From: an uncultured Acidobacteriota bacterium
Lineage (GTDB): Bacteria; Acidobacteriota; Thermoanaerobaculia; Gp7-AA8
Assembly: GCA_963741955.1 (NCBI GenBank)
Contig: CAVUKB010000007.1
Location: 128,001-192,000 of the forward strand
Reading direction: 5' to 3'
Length of the DNA stretch: 64,000 nucleotides
The position numbers were made by a program, and so were the translations under genes. The notes under the pieces were generated by a model. That model saw nothing but the letters and a program-made list of their open reading frames with translations, searched no databases and had not been told where the DNA came from. Below, piece after piece: positions 39,347 through 48,398 of this stretch; position 1 is the first letter of the stretch; each line of letters starts with the position of its first letter.

Positions 39347-40372
39347 TCATTCCTGCGGATGGAGGATCACCCTCCCTTTGACCTTCCCCGCGCGGAGAGA
39401 CTCGAGACCGTCTTCCCACCGGTTCAGAGGGAGAGTCGAGTCGACGATCGTCTTCACCCTCCCGTCGCCGACCAGCGCCACCGCCTCCTCGAGCTCGGCG
39501 CGCGTATTGCCGACGGATCCGGTGACGGTCGCTTCGGTGATCACCAGCTGGATCGGATGGACGGTGAACGGATCCTCCGAATAGCCGATGAAGATGATCC
39601 GTCCGCGCTTCGCGACCATGGCGACCGCGGATGACATCGTGGCGGATGTTCCCACCAGGTCGAACACCACGTCCGCTCCGCGTCCTCCCGTGAGCTGGCG
39701 CACGACTGCTGCGACGTCGCGGGTATCGGCTGAATTGATCACGTGATCGGCGCCGAGCGAACGTGCGACATCGAGCTTTTCGTCGGTCCGGCCGACGCCG
39801 AAGACCTTTGCGCCGCGAAGCTTTGCGATCTGCACCAGACCGAACCCCACCGCTCCGATGCCGTAGACGACGGCGACGTCTCCTTCCCGCAGATGGGCGA
39901 GATTGGCGGCGTGTACACCGGTGGCGACCGCGCAGCCGATGGGAGCAGCCTCGTCGAACGAGAGACTCTCCGGAAGAGGAATCGCATTCCGCGCCGGCAC
40001 GGCGATCACCTCGGCGTATCCGCCGTCCTGAAAAAATCCGTATTCGGCGCGGAGATTTCCGCAGAGGTTCTCGTCGCCGCGGCGGCACCATTCGCACGTG
40101 CCGCATCCGGCGTAGTAGTAGACGAGAACCCTCTCTCCCTTCTTCCGGTCGCGGGCCGTGGCGCCGGTCGCCTCGATGGTCCCGGCGATCTCGTGACCCA
40201 TGATGATCGGAGCGACGCCGAGGTTCAACAGGCCCGATTCGAAATGGAGCTCGGTATGGCACATTCCGGCGGAGTGGATGCGGACGAGGACTTCATCGTC
40301 GCGTAAGGCCGGCTCGGGAACGTCCTCGAGACGGAAGGTCTGATTCGGGCCGTGGTAGCGAACTGCCTTCAT
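39347..40372 (-). CDS. Zinc-dependent alcohol dehydrogenase (MDR family)
   Basis: GMCHTE, GHEIAG, CGTCEWC..C structural Zn, GIGAVG. Confidence 0.93.
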   Translation of the reverse strand: MKAVRYHGPNQTFRLEDVPEPALRDDEVLVRIHSAGMCHTELHFESGLLNLGVAPIIMGHEIAGTIEATGATARDRKKGERVLVYYYAGCGTCEWCRRGDENLCGNLRAEYGFFQDGGYAEVIAVPARNAIPLPESLSFDEAAPIGCAVATGVHAANLAHLREGDVAVVYGIGAVGFGLVQIAKLRGAKVFGVGRTDEKLDVARSLGADHVINSADTRDVAAVVRQLTGGRGADVVFDLVGTSATMSSAVAMVAKRGRIIFIGYSEDPFTVHPIQLVITEATVTGSVGNTRAELEEAVALVGDGRVKTIVDSTLPLNRWEDGLESLRAGKVKGRVILHPQE

Positions 40373-40489
40373 ACTCCCTCCGATGCTGAAGGATCGATTC
40401 GGTCTCGACCCTTCATCTTATGCCGGATCGGTGAATGGTGCCGAGAGAGGGGGCGCCATTTCGCGTTGAGATGGGTACAATAGAGAACG

Positions 40490-40939
40490 ATGGAAGAGTC
40501 GCTGATCACGGTCGCCGCCTACGACCAGCTGATCGAGGCGGACGTGGCGAGGTCGGTGCTCGAAGGTTCCGGCATCGGCTGCGCAATCGACGACGACGGA
40601 GAAACGGCGGCGGGGCCGATTCTCCTGAAAGTGAGAGGGCCCGACGCGCGCGCGGCCGCGGCGATGCTCTCGTCGACTCCTTCCGCCACTCTGGTTCGCT
40701 ACCGACCCCCGAGCGCAGAGGCGGCATGTCCCAATTGCGGAGCCAGGTCGGCCGAGCGCAGCTATGCCACGCTCTTCGTTCTCCTCTCCGTTCTCCTGAC
40801 GCTCGAGATCGCGACGCTGATGTGGCAGCGGATGCTCCTCCCGTGGGTGACCGTCAGCGCACTCGTCCTCTACGCACTGGTCGGCACGATGGTGCGGGAA
40901 TGGCGTTGTGCGGAGTGCAGCCGCCGCTGGCGAAGCTGA
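40490..40939 (+). CDS. DUF2007-like N-terminal domain plus split Zn-ribbon membrane protein
   Basis: EADVARSVLEGSGI; CPNC - two TM - CAEC. Confidence 0.7.
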   Translation: MEESLITVAAYDQLIEADVARSVLEGSGIGCAIDDDGETAAGPILLKVRGPDARAAAAMLSSTPSATLVRYRPPSAEAACPNCGARSAERSYATLFVLLSVLLTLEIATLMWQRMLLPWVTVSALVLYALVGTMVREWRCAECSRRWRS

Positions 40940-41196
40940 GACGCGCGCGGGATCCCGTCGCCAATTTCTCCGACTCCGATTCACTGCGGCGGCACACCGC
41001 CACGTCGGGAGTGCACTCGCGCCCTCGGGCGCAGATGAAAGTGGTGGAGTCGCATCCTCAAACTGGAGACATGACCCCCGTCCGGTTGGACGGCCACCGG
41101 AGGAGACGCACTGCAACTGACGGAGAGTCCGGGGATTCAACTGCAGGAAACGATTCCGGGAGATCGAGTGAGCGGGCGGCGTGGAGTCGCGCGCGC

Positions 41197-41421
41197 TCAG
41201 TCGCCCATCAGACGCGACCACGGCATGTTCCGCACGGAAATGACGTGATCGTCGATGTCCTTCTGCGTCGCCGTGTTGCCGAGGTGGCGCTGCAGATAGT
41301 CGACTTCGGTGCTGACGAGGGAGTCGCCCCGGGGAAGAAGCCGCGATGCCGCTTCCTGGAGGCGCTTTTCAGTCACGTTGAGTTTCTTGGCTCGCTTGGT
41401 GGGAGTGGTCAATGTGCTCAT
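41197..41421 (-). CDS. Small hypothetical protein (74 aa)
   Basis: MSTLTTPTKRAKKLNVTEKRL..MPWSRLMGD; SD ggaga; AT-rich upstream region. Confidence 0.65.
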   Translation of the reverse strand: MSTLTTPTKRAKKLNVTEKRLQEAASRLLPRGDSLVSTEVDYLQRHLGNTATQKDIDDHVISVRNMPWSRLMGD

Positions 41422-41579
41422 GATTTCTCCAACAGATCGAAAACCCGATTCACTCCAATTTTCTCTATGATTCTCCTGAAAATGATGAAAATCAAGGAAA
41501 AACCGAGGAAATTTGCGCGAGAACGCGTCGACGAACCCGTCCGATGGAAAAGGAATCGTCGCGCTCGGAGCGACGCGTG

Positions 41580-43214
41580 TCACGAGCGGGACATGCCGAA
41601 TGTATCGAGAAATGCGCGCACGCCCTGCTCGGTGCCGCAGATGTAGATCGAGTCGCTTTCCTCGAAAACGAACTCCGGTCCGAACTCGACGATGTGCTTC
41701 TGAGCGCGCTCCACGACGACGACCGAGCACTGCGTCCGCTCGCGGATCGCGAGATCGGAGGGATGTCGCCCGACGAACTCGCGGCCGGAGATGCGTTGGA
41801 TGCGGAGATGCGCATCCAGCGAGAGCGCTTCTTCGCCGAACAATCGCCACGAGAGCATCTGTCCCGACACGTTACTGATGGAGAGAGCGAAGTCGGCGCC
41901 TGCGCGATAGATGTTGTCGATGTTGCGGGCCTGGTTGACCCGCGCGATCACCGGAATGTGAGGCGAGAGATCCCGGATGATCACCGTACCGAAGAGCGTC
42001 GAATCGTCACTGTCGAGAGCGAGAATGACCGCCTGCGCGGAAGCGATCCCCGCTTTCTCCAGAACCGAAGGATCGAGAACGTTCCCGCTGAACGTGACGT
42101 TGGGCCGTTGTTCGCGATCGACCGCGATGACCTCTTCTCCTGCATCCGTGAGGAGCTCGTGGACCTTCTGTCCGACCTCGCCGAAGCCTGCGATGAGGAA
42201 GGGCCCCTCTCTCCGGAGGCGTTGCGCTCCCTCCGCCAGCCGCTCCAGTGCTTCGAGCGCCTCGGGAGTGCCGATCACGACGAGGATCGAGCGCGGCTCG
42301 ATTCGCGTCTCGCCGGTGGGCTGTCCGAGAAGTTTCCCCGAGACCCACTGGCCGACCACGGATGCACCGGTACGAGCACCGATCGCGGCTTCGGCCATCG
42401 TCTTCCCCGCCAGTGAGCTCCCCGACTGGACCCGGAGCTCGCGCATCTCGAGTGAACCGAGCTGCTGGATCCCGGCCACGCGCGGGCTGATGCGATCGCT
42501 CGCCCGCGCCGCGAGCGCCGCAGCCAGGATGTGCCGCGGCGTGTAAACCGCGTTCGCTCCGGCCAGCTCCATCGGCCTGCGATGGACCGGCTCTTCGACC
42601 AGCGCGTAGATGTCTCCGGCGAACCCGAGCTGGCGTCCCCGAAGAATGAGCGACGCATTTTCTTCGTCGCGCCCGTTCGCGACGAGTGCCCGCGCGTCCA
42701 GCAGCCGGCACGCCTGCATCATGTCGTCGTCACCGCGGCTGAAGACGACGTTGATCTGCCGCTCGACCAGCCGGCGCGCCTTTTCCTCATCGAGCTCGAG
42801 GACGACGAACGGACGGTTCAGACGCTGCAGGCGCGTGATCAGCGTCTCGACCGCCGGTCCGTAGCGGTAGACCACCACGTGGCCGCGGATCTCGCCGATC
42901 TGCCGGGGAAGCCGCTGTTCGAAACGCTCCTCCATGAACGGAACGAGAAAGATCGGAATGATCAGGAAGACCAGAAAGACGCCGACGAACTGCAGCAGAA
43001 CAACGAAGATGACCATCGCCGGATGCGACCAGCTCGCATCCGCGCCGTATCCGGTGGTGCTCAGAGTCTCGGCCGCGAATTCGAGAGCGCGCCAGAAGCC
43101 GCGCGGATGTCCCTCGAGATTCTTCATCCCGAGCTGATAGACGACGGCGGAGACGACCAGGAGCACCGCGAGTGCGATGACCATCACCACCATTCTCCGG
43201 GTCGATCGGCGCAT
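41580..43214 (-). CDS. Potassium channel protein with tandem RCK (TrkA-N/TrkA-C) domains
   Basis: Pore motif ETLSTTGYG; two Rossmann RCK modules (GHVVVYRYG, IAGFGEVG). Confidence 0.88.
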   Translation of the reverse strand: MRRSTRRMVVMVIALAVLLVVSAVVYQLGMKNLEGHPRGFWRALEFAAETLSTTGYGADASWSHPAMVIFVVLLQFVGVFLVFLIIPIFLVPFMEERFEQRLPRQIGEIRGHVVVYRYGPAVETLITRLQRLNRPFVVLELDEEKARRLVERQINVVFSRGDDDMMQACRLLDARALVANGRDEENASLILRGRQLGFAGDIYALVEEPVHRRPMELAGANAVYTPRHILAAALAARASDRISPRVAGIQQLGSLEMRELRVQSGSSLAGKTMAEAAIGARTGASVVGQWVSGKLLGQPTGETRIEPRSILVVIGTPEALEALERLAEGAQRLRREGPFLIAGFGEVGQKVHELLTDAGEEVIAVDREQRPNVTFSGNVLDPSVLEKAGIASAQAVILALDSDDSTLFGTVIIRDLSPHIPVIARVNQARNIDNIYRAGADFALSISNVSGQMLSWRLFGEEALSLDAHLRIQRISGREFVGRHPSDLAIRERTQCSVVVVERAQKHIVEFGPEFVFEESDSIYICGTEQGVRAFLDTFGMSRS

Positions 43215-43327
43215 CCGACGATTCTAACCCGGACCAATGTCGGGATGGCGCTGCTTCCGTGAGATCGATCTGCCGCGCGCGACGATTGAAACCTGAGGAG
43301 CGATGCTGTCGTATAGACTCGACGATC

Positions 43328-44263
43328 ATGAGTGAAATTGCGCTGAGCCTCGCCGGAGTGGTGAAGGAGTTCGGTGAGCGCCGGGCTCTCGACGGGGTCG
43401 ACCTCGAGCTTCATCGTGGTGAGGTGCTCGGTCTGCTCGGCCCGAACGGAGCGGGGAAGAGCACCATCGTCCGTACGGTGATGGGCCGCGTCTCGCCGGA
43501 CCAGGGGCGGCTCTTCGTCTTCGGGAAGGAGATCTCACCGTCGGATCATTCGCTGCGACGGGAGATCGGCTTCGTCCCCCAGGAGATCGCGCTCTACCCG
43601 CTTCTCACCGTCCGTGAGAACGCGGAGGTGATCGGACGCTACCAGGGCCTCTCCGGCATGCAGCTCGGATCGAAGGTCGATCAGGCGCTGGAGTGGGCTG
43701 CGCTCACCGACCGCGCACGCGACGTGACGAAGAATCTCTCCGGCGGGATGAAGCGCCGGCTGAATATGGCCGTGGGGATTCTTCACGATCCGCGGGTGCT
43801 CCTTCTCGACGAGCCGACGGTAGGAGTGGATCCTCAATCGAGGGAGAAGGTCTACGAGATGATCGAGTCACTCCGCGGCGGAGGCGTTTCGATCCTCTAC
43901 ACCACTCACTACATGGAAGAGGCGGAGCGCCTCTGTGATCGGATCGCGATCATCGACCATGGACGGATCGTCGCCAGCGGAACCCGCAGCGAACTGGTTG
44001 GAGCCACCATCGGATCGAAGAGTGATTTCGTGATCGATTGTGCCGCCGAGCCGCCGGCGGAGATCGCTGCGGCGCTGCGGGAGCGCGGAGTGCAGATCGA
44101 CGGCTCGAAGCTGACGCTTTCCGGTTGCCGCGAGCCGGCAGAAATGCTCGGACTGGTGCAGTCGCTCGAGCGCGACTCCGTGGAGATCGTCGATTTCGCG
44201 TTGAGGACGCCGTCGCTGCAGGACGTCTTTCTCCACTTGACCGGGAAGGAGCTCCGGGAATGA
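43328..44263 (+). CDS. ABC-2 type exporter ATP-binding protein
   Basis: GPNGAGKST, LSGGMKRR, LLDEPTVGVD, TTHYMEE; start MSEIAL. Confidence 0.95.
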   Translation: MSEIALSLAGVVKEFGERRALDGVDLELHRGEVLGLLGPNGAGKSTIVRTVMGRVSPDQGRLFVFGKEISPSDHSLRREIGFVPQEIALYPLLTVRENAEVIGRYQGLSGMQLGSKVDQALEWAALTDRARDVTKNLSGGMKRRLNMAVGILHDPRVLLLDEPTVGVDPQSREKVYEMIESLRGGGVSILYTTHYMEEAERLCDRIAIIDHGRIVASGTRSELVGATIGSKSDFVIDCAAEPPAEIAAALRERGVQIDGSKLTLSGCREPAEMLGLVQSLERDSVEIVDFALRTPSLQDVFLHLTGKELRE

Positions 44264-45552
44264 TCGGGTCCGTCTTTCGTGCCTCGTGGATGAATTTCCG
44301 TCGCGACCGCACCGCGCTGGTGCTCAGCTTCGTCGTCCCGATCGCGTTCTTCTCGATCTTCGCGTCGATCTTCGGCTCGAGGGGAGGCGACACGACATCG
44401 AAAGTCAGAATCGCCGTCGTCGATCAGGAGAAGAGCGCGCAATCGCGCCGGCTGATCGAAGCGCTGCGCAGCGAAGATGCGCTCACCGTGCTGGAGAGCG
44501 CAACGGATGGACCGGACAAGGGCGTTCCCTTCGATCGCGCGGCCGCGGAGACGCTGGTCCGGAATGGAGTCGTCCCGGTCGCGCTGGTGATCCCGAAAGG
44601 ATCGCTCGCTGGAGCGATCCGTTTCAGCGGTCCGACCGAACCGGGCCGGAAGGAGATCGAGCTCATCGCGGACACTTCCGATCCGATCGCACCGGAGATC
44701 GTCACGGGCCTCCTTCAGAAGAGCGCATTCAACGCGCTTCCCGACCAGTTTCTCGCGGAAGGAATCGGCGAGATCGACCAGTGGAGCGGAGGACTCACCA
44801 GCGATCAGCGCACACGCCTCGACCACAACCTCGAGATGCTGAGGAAGGATCTCGATGCGAAGCCGGCAACGGGCTCGAAGAAGACGTCGTCCGCAAACGG
44901 TCTCCTCATCCCGGTCCACCAGACGGACATCCTCGGCGCGGACAAGAAGAATCCGATGATCGCGTTCTATGCCGCGGGGATCGGAGTGATGTTCCTTCTC
45001 TTTTCCGCAGTCAACGCCGGAGGCGCGCTGCTGGAGGAGGAAGAGAGCGGAATGCTCGACAGGGTTCTGACCACGGATGTGAACATGAGCCGTCTGCTTC
45101 TCGGAAAGATGGCCTATCTCGTCTCCCTCGGCACGGTTCAGCTCTGCGTGATGTTTCTCTGGGGTGCGCTGGTGTTCCAACTCGATCTCGCGGGGCATCT
45201 CGCCGGATTCGCGATCATGGCGGTGACCACCGCGGTGGCATCATCGGCGTTCGGCCTCCTCCTCGCGACGCTCTGTCACACCCGCGCGCAGCTCTCGGCG
45301 ATCTCGACCCTCACCGTCCTCACCATCTCCGCTCTCGGTGGAAGCATGTTTCCGCGCTTCCTGATGCCGGAGGCGCTGCAGAAAGTGGGATTGATCTTCT
45401 TCAACTCCTGGGCGATCGAAGGGTTCACGCGGGTCTTCTGGCGGGAAGAGCCGCTCGGCAATCTTCTGCCGGACGTCGCGGTTCTGATCCTCAGCGCAGC
45501 GCTCTTCTTCGCGATCGCGCGGCGCTTCGCCCGTCGATGGGAAACCATCTGA
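44260..45552 (+). CDS. ABC-2 type exporter permease
   Basis: N-terminal TM, large extracytoplasmic loop, C-terminal TMs with LGGSMFP; ATGA overlap. Confidence 0.9.
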   Translation: MIGSVFRASWMNFRRDRTALVLSFVVPIAFFSIFASIFGSRGGDTTSKVRIAVVDQEKSAQSRRLIEALRSEDALTVLESATDGPDKGVPFDRAAAETLVRNGVVPVALVIPKGSLAGAIRFSGPTEPGRKEIELIADTSDPIAPEIVTGLLQKSAFNALPDQFLAEGIGEIDQWSGGLTSDQRTRLDHNLEMLRKDLDAKPATGSKKTSSANGLLIPVHQTDILGADKKNPMIAFYAAGIGVMFLLFSAVNAGGALLEEEESGMLDRVLTTDVNMSRLLLGKMAYLVSLGTVQLCVMFLWGALVFQLDLAGHLAGFAIMAVTTAVASSAFGLLLATLCHTRAQLSAISTLTVLTISALGGSMFPRFLMPEALQKVGLIFFNSWAIEGFTRVFWREEPLGNLLPDVAVLILSAALFFAIARRFARRWETI

Positions 45553-45607
45553 CCGATCGTGGAGCGCATCCGGTTCGCGGGAGCGAGATTGCTGACCACC
45601 CGAGCCG

Positions 45608-46198
45608 ATGGACGACGTCACTGACAGACTCGAGCCGCCGTTCTTTCTTGTGGCGATGCCGCAGGTTCTCGACCCGTTCTTCAACCGGAGCGTGGTGCTG
45701 ATGCTCGAGCATCAGGAGGACGGGAGTCTCGGGATCATCGTGAACCGGCCGATCGAGCTGACCCTGGAGCGGCTGTTCACCGAGCTCGCCTCTCCTTGGG
45801 GCGGCGACGCGGAGACGCTGGCGCTGTTCGGAGGTCCGGTGCAGCCGCAGGTCGGAACGGCGCTGTTCGTTCCCGACGGCCCGATCGCCAGCGCCGATTC
45901 GATCAGCGTGGTTGCGGGTGGCGTGATGCTCTGCCACGACGTAGACGTGATCACGAGGCTCGGAGCGGATCCGCCGGAGAACTTCCGGCTGACGCTGGGG
46001 TACGCGGGATGGTCGCCCGGGCAGCTCGAGACGGAGATGAACCGGAACGACTGGCTGATCGCTCCGTTCGATCCGAAAATCGTCTTTGCGGAGGATCCGG
46101 CGGAGAGCTGGACACTCGCGCTCGCATCGATCGGGGTCCGGCCGGAATCGCTCCCGTCGTGGACCCGTGGCGAGGACGACGAAGGCAGCACGAATTAG
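45608..46198 (+). CDS. YqgE/AlgH family protein
   Basis: LVAMP..DPFFNRSVV, GIIVNRP, FGGPV, LGYAGWSPGQLETE. Confidence 0.92.
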   Translation: MDDVTDRLEPPFFLVAMPQVLDPFFNRSVVLMLEHQEDGSLGIIVNRPIELTLERLFTELASPWGGDAETLALFGGPVQPQVGTALFVPDGPIASADSISVVAGGVMLCHDVDVITRLGADPPENFRLTLGYAGWSPGQLETEMNRNDWLIAPFDPKIVFAEDPAESWTLALASIGVRPESLPSWTRGEDDEGSTN

Positions 46199-46609
46199 AG
46201 CGAGCGGTGAGCGGTGAGCGACGAGGTTTTGCCGAGGAGTGCGGATTCGCCGCCGAGGGGAGCGGATCCTCTGATCCGCCGCACGAGTTGCGGCGCATGC
46301 GCGACAGTAGCAGGATCCGTGGCTTCCGCAGAAGCGGAGCTGAGTGGTTGAATCAGTGACGCTCCGCGGTGGCCGCAGGCTTCGTCTTCATCGCGTACGA
46401 CTCGATCTTCGCGGCGGATCGGAGGATCCGCACCCCTCGGGGACGAGCGGTGAGCGGTGAGCGGTGAGTGATGAGCGACGAGCGGCGAGCGGTGAGTTTT
46501 TGCCGAGGAGTGCGATTGCCGCCGAGGGGAGCCGATCCTCTGATCCGCCGCGCGGATGACGGCGCATGCGCGACAGTAGCATCACCCGCGACGCTGGCAG
46601 AAGCGGAGC
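46199..46609. repeat. REPIN-like cluster: two ~115-bp direct repeats flanking an inverted core, plus GAGCGGT heptamer runs
   Basis: Units 46227-46340 and 46497-46609; 46411-46440 is the reverse complement of ccgaggggagcggatcctctgatccgccgc (2 mismatches); heptamers at 46445-46496. Confidence 0.8.
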
Positions 46610-46633
46610 ATCCTCCGCCTGAAACGCTCCCCG

Positions 46634-47353
46634 TCAACCCATCAGCGTCAGCCAATCGGCGAGCGTACGCGGACGGAGACAGTAGTTCGTGCGGCGCTGC
46701 TCGGCAAACGTCGAATGCGGCACGTCGCCGTAATGGTGCCCCGGGTAAAGCACCGTCTCGTCGGGGAGCGCTGCGAGTCTCTGTGTGAGCGTGAGATACA
46801 TCTGCTCGGCGTCCCCTCCAGGAAAGTCGACGCGGCCACACCCCTGCACGAAAAGCGTGTCCCCTGCGACGAGGTTTCCTCCGACGAGGAAGCATTGGCT
46901 CCCGGGTGTGTGTCCGGGCGTATGGAGCAGCTGGATCGGAACCTCTCCGACCGTGACGACGTCGCTCGGATCGTGCGGGGTGAGGTCGGACGCGGAGAGT
47001 CCGGTGACCATCTGCACGCCGCGCGCTTCTTCCTTCTGACAATGAACCGGGATCGCCTTCCGCTCCATCAGCGCGGCGAGTCCCTCCACTCCGTGCCCGA
47101 AAAGATCTCCACCGACGTGATCCGGATGGTAGTGCGTGACGAGAGCTCCGGTGAGCTGCATCCCGTCGTCCTCCGCGACCCGTAGAAGCCCATCGACGTC
47201 CCAGGCGGGATCGACGACGACACACTCACGCGTCTCGCGATCGCCGATCAGATAGCAGAAGTTCACCATCTGAGCGGCCATCGGATCATCGCGCGCGAAG
47301 TCGTATCCGGCGAGAAGCTGGCGGAAGTAGAGACGATCGGATTCGTGGGCCAT
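46634..47353 (-). CDS. MBL-fold metallo-hydrolase (glyoxalase II-like)
   Basis: THYHPDH, HTPGHTPG, AGDTLF..GCGR, YPGH. Confidence 0.9.
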   Translation of the reverse strand: MAHESDRLYFRQLLAGYDFARDDPMAAQMVNFCYLIGDRETRECVVVDPAWDVDGLLRVAEDDGMQLTGALVTHYHPDHVGGDLFGHGVEGLAALMERKAIPVHCQKEEARGVQMVTGLSASDLTPHDPSDVVTVGEVPIQLLHTPGHTPGSQCFLVGGNLVAGDTLFVQGCGRVDFPGGDAEQMYLTLTQRLAALPDETVLYPGHHYGDVPHSTFAEQRRTNYCLRPRTLADWLTLMG

Positions 47354-47410
47354 GACCAGCATTCTAGCCCGGACTCTCGTTCCGGCAGGGCTCTTGCTCC
47401 CTCTTCGGCT

Positions 47411-47608
47411 ATGTCGCGCACGAGTCTGGAATCGCCGTACTGGTTGAGAGACGGAGAGGAGCCGTGCCCGTTCTGCGGGACGCGCTACGTCTACGAAGTC
47501 GAGCTCCGTTGCGAGCTCTGCGACTCGCCGGTCTGTCCCATCTGCGTCGTCCGGACCAGCCTCGAAGTGATCTGCCCCGACTGTCTGCACCGGGAAGAGG
47601 AGGAGTGA
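47411..47608 (+). CDS. Small Cys-rich zinc-finger protein (65 aa, four CxxC)
   Basis: CPFC, CELC, CPIC, CPDC; its acidic tail codons (gaggaggag) supply the SD for the Ku gene starting 1 nt after its stop. Confidence 0.72.
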   Translation: MSRTSLESPYWLRDGEEPCPFCGTRYVYEVELRCELCDSPVCPICVVRTSLEVICPDCLHREEEE

Positions 47609-47609
47609 C

Positions 47610-48398
47610 GTGGCGGCACGCGCAATCTGGAAAGGGGTGATCAGATTCGGGAAGACGAACGTGCCGGTCCGCCTCTTTTCCGCGGTCGAGGATCACACCG
47701 TCCACTTCCGACTGCTTCACCGGAAAGACCGCACTCCTGTGAAGCAGCGTCTGATCAATCCGTCGAACGGGAAGGAAGTCGCGTACGCGGATGTGCGCAA
47801 GGCGTATGAAGTCTCTCGCGGCGTCTTCGTGCTTCTCGACGAGGAGGAGCTCGCGAGGCTCGAGCCCGCGCCGTCGAAAGACATCGAGATCACGCGCTTC
47901 GTCGATCCGTCCGAGATCGACCATCGCTGGTACGAGCGCCCGTACTTTCTCGGTCCGGATGGAGACGACGAAGCGTACTTCGCGCTCGCTGCCGCGCTGG
48001 CGAAGGAAGGGCGCGAGGGTGTTGCACGCTGGACGATGCGGAAGAAGGAGTACGTCGGTGCGCTTCGCGTCGAAGACGGCTATCTCGTTCTGGTCTCGCT
48101 CCACCATGCCGACCAGGTGATCGCGACCTCCGGTCTGGAAGCTCCGCAGGGACGGGCGATCGAGAAACGGGAGCGGGATATGGCGCAGCAGCTCGTCGAA
48201 TCGCTCGCCGCGGATTTCCATCCCGAAGAGTTCCACGACCAGTACCGCGAACGGGTGATGGAGCTCGTCGAGACGAAGCGCCGTGGCGGGAAAGTGAAGG
48301 TGACGAAGTTCCGGCCGAAGCCGACCGAGGAGCCGTCGCTGGCGAAGACGCTGGAGGCGAGCCTCGCGCGAAGCGGAAAGGGGAAGAAGAGTGCCTGA
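47610..48398 (+). CDS. ku: NHEJ DNA-end-binding protein Ku (copy 1, short)
   Basis: RAIWKGVIRFG..VPVRL, KAYEV, IEITRFV, YERPYFLGP, DQYRERV. Confidence 0.92.
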   Translation: MAARAIWKGVIRFGKTNVPVRLFSAVEDHTVHFRLLHRKDRTPVKQRLINPSNGKEVAYADVRKAYEVSRGVFVLLDEEELARLEPAPSKDIEITRFVDPSEIDHRWYERPYFLGPDGDDEAYFALAAALAKEGREGVARWTMRKKEYVGALRVEDGYLVLVSLHHADQVIATSGLEAPQGRAIEKRERDMAQQLVESLAADFHPEEFHDQYRERVMELVETKRRGGKVKVTKFRPKPTEEPSLAKTLEASLARSGKGKKSA

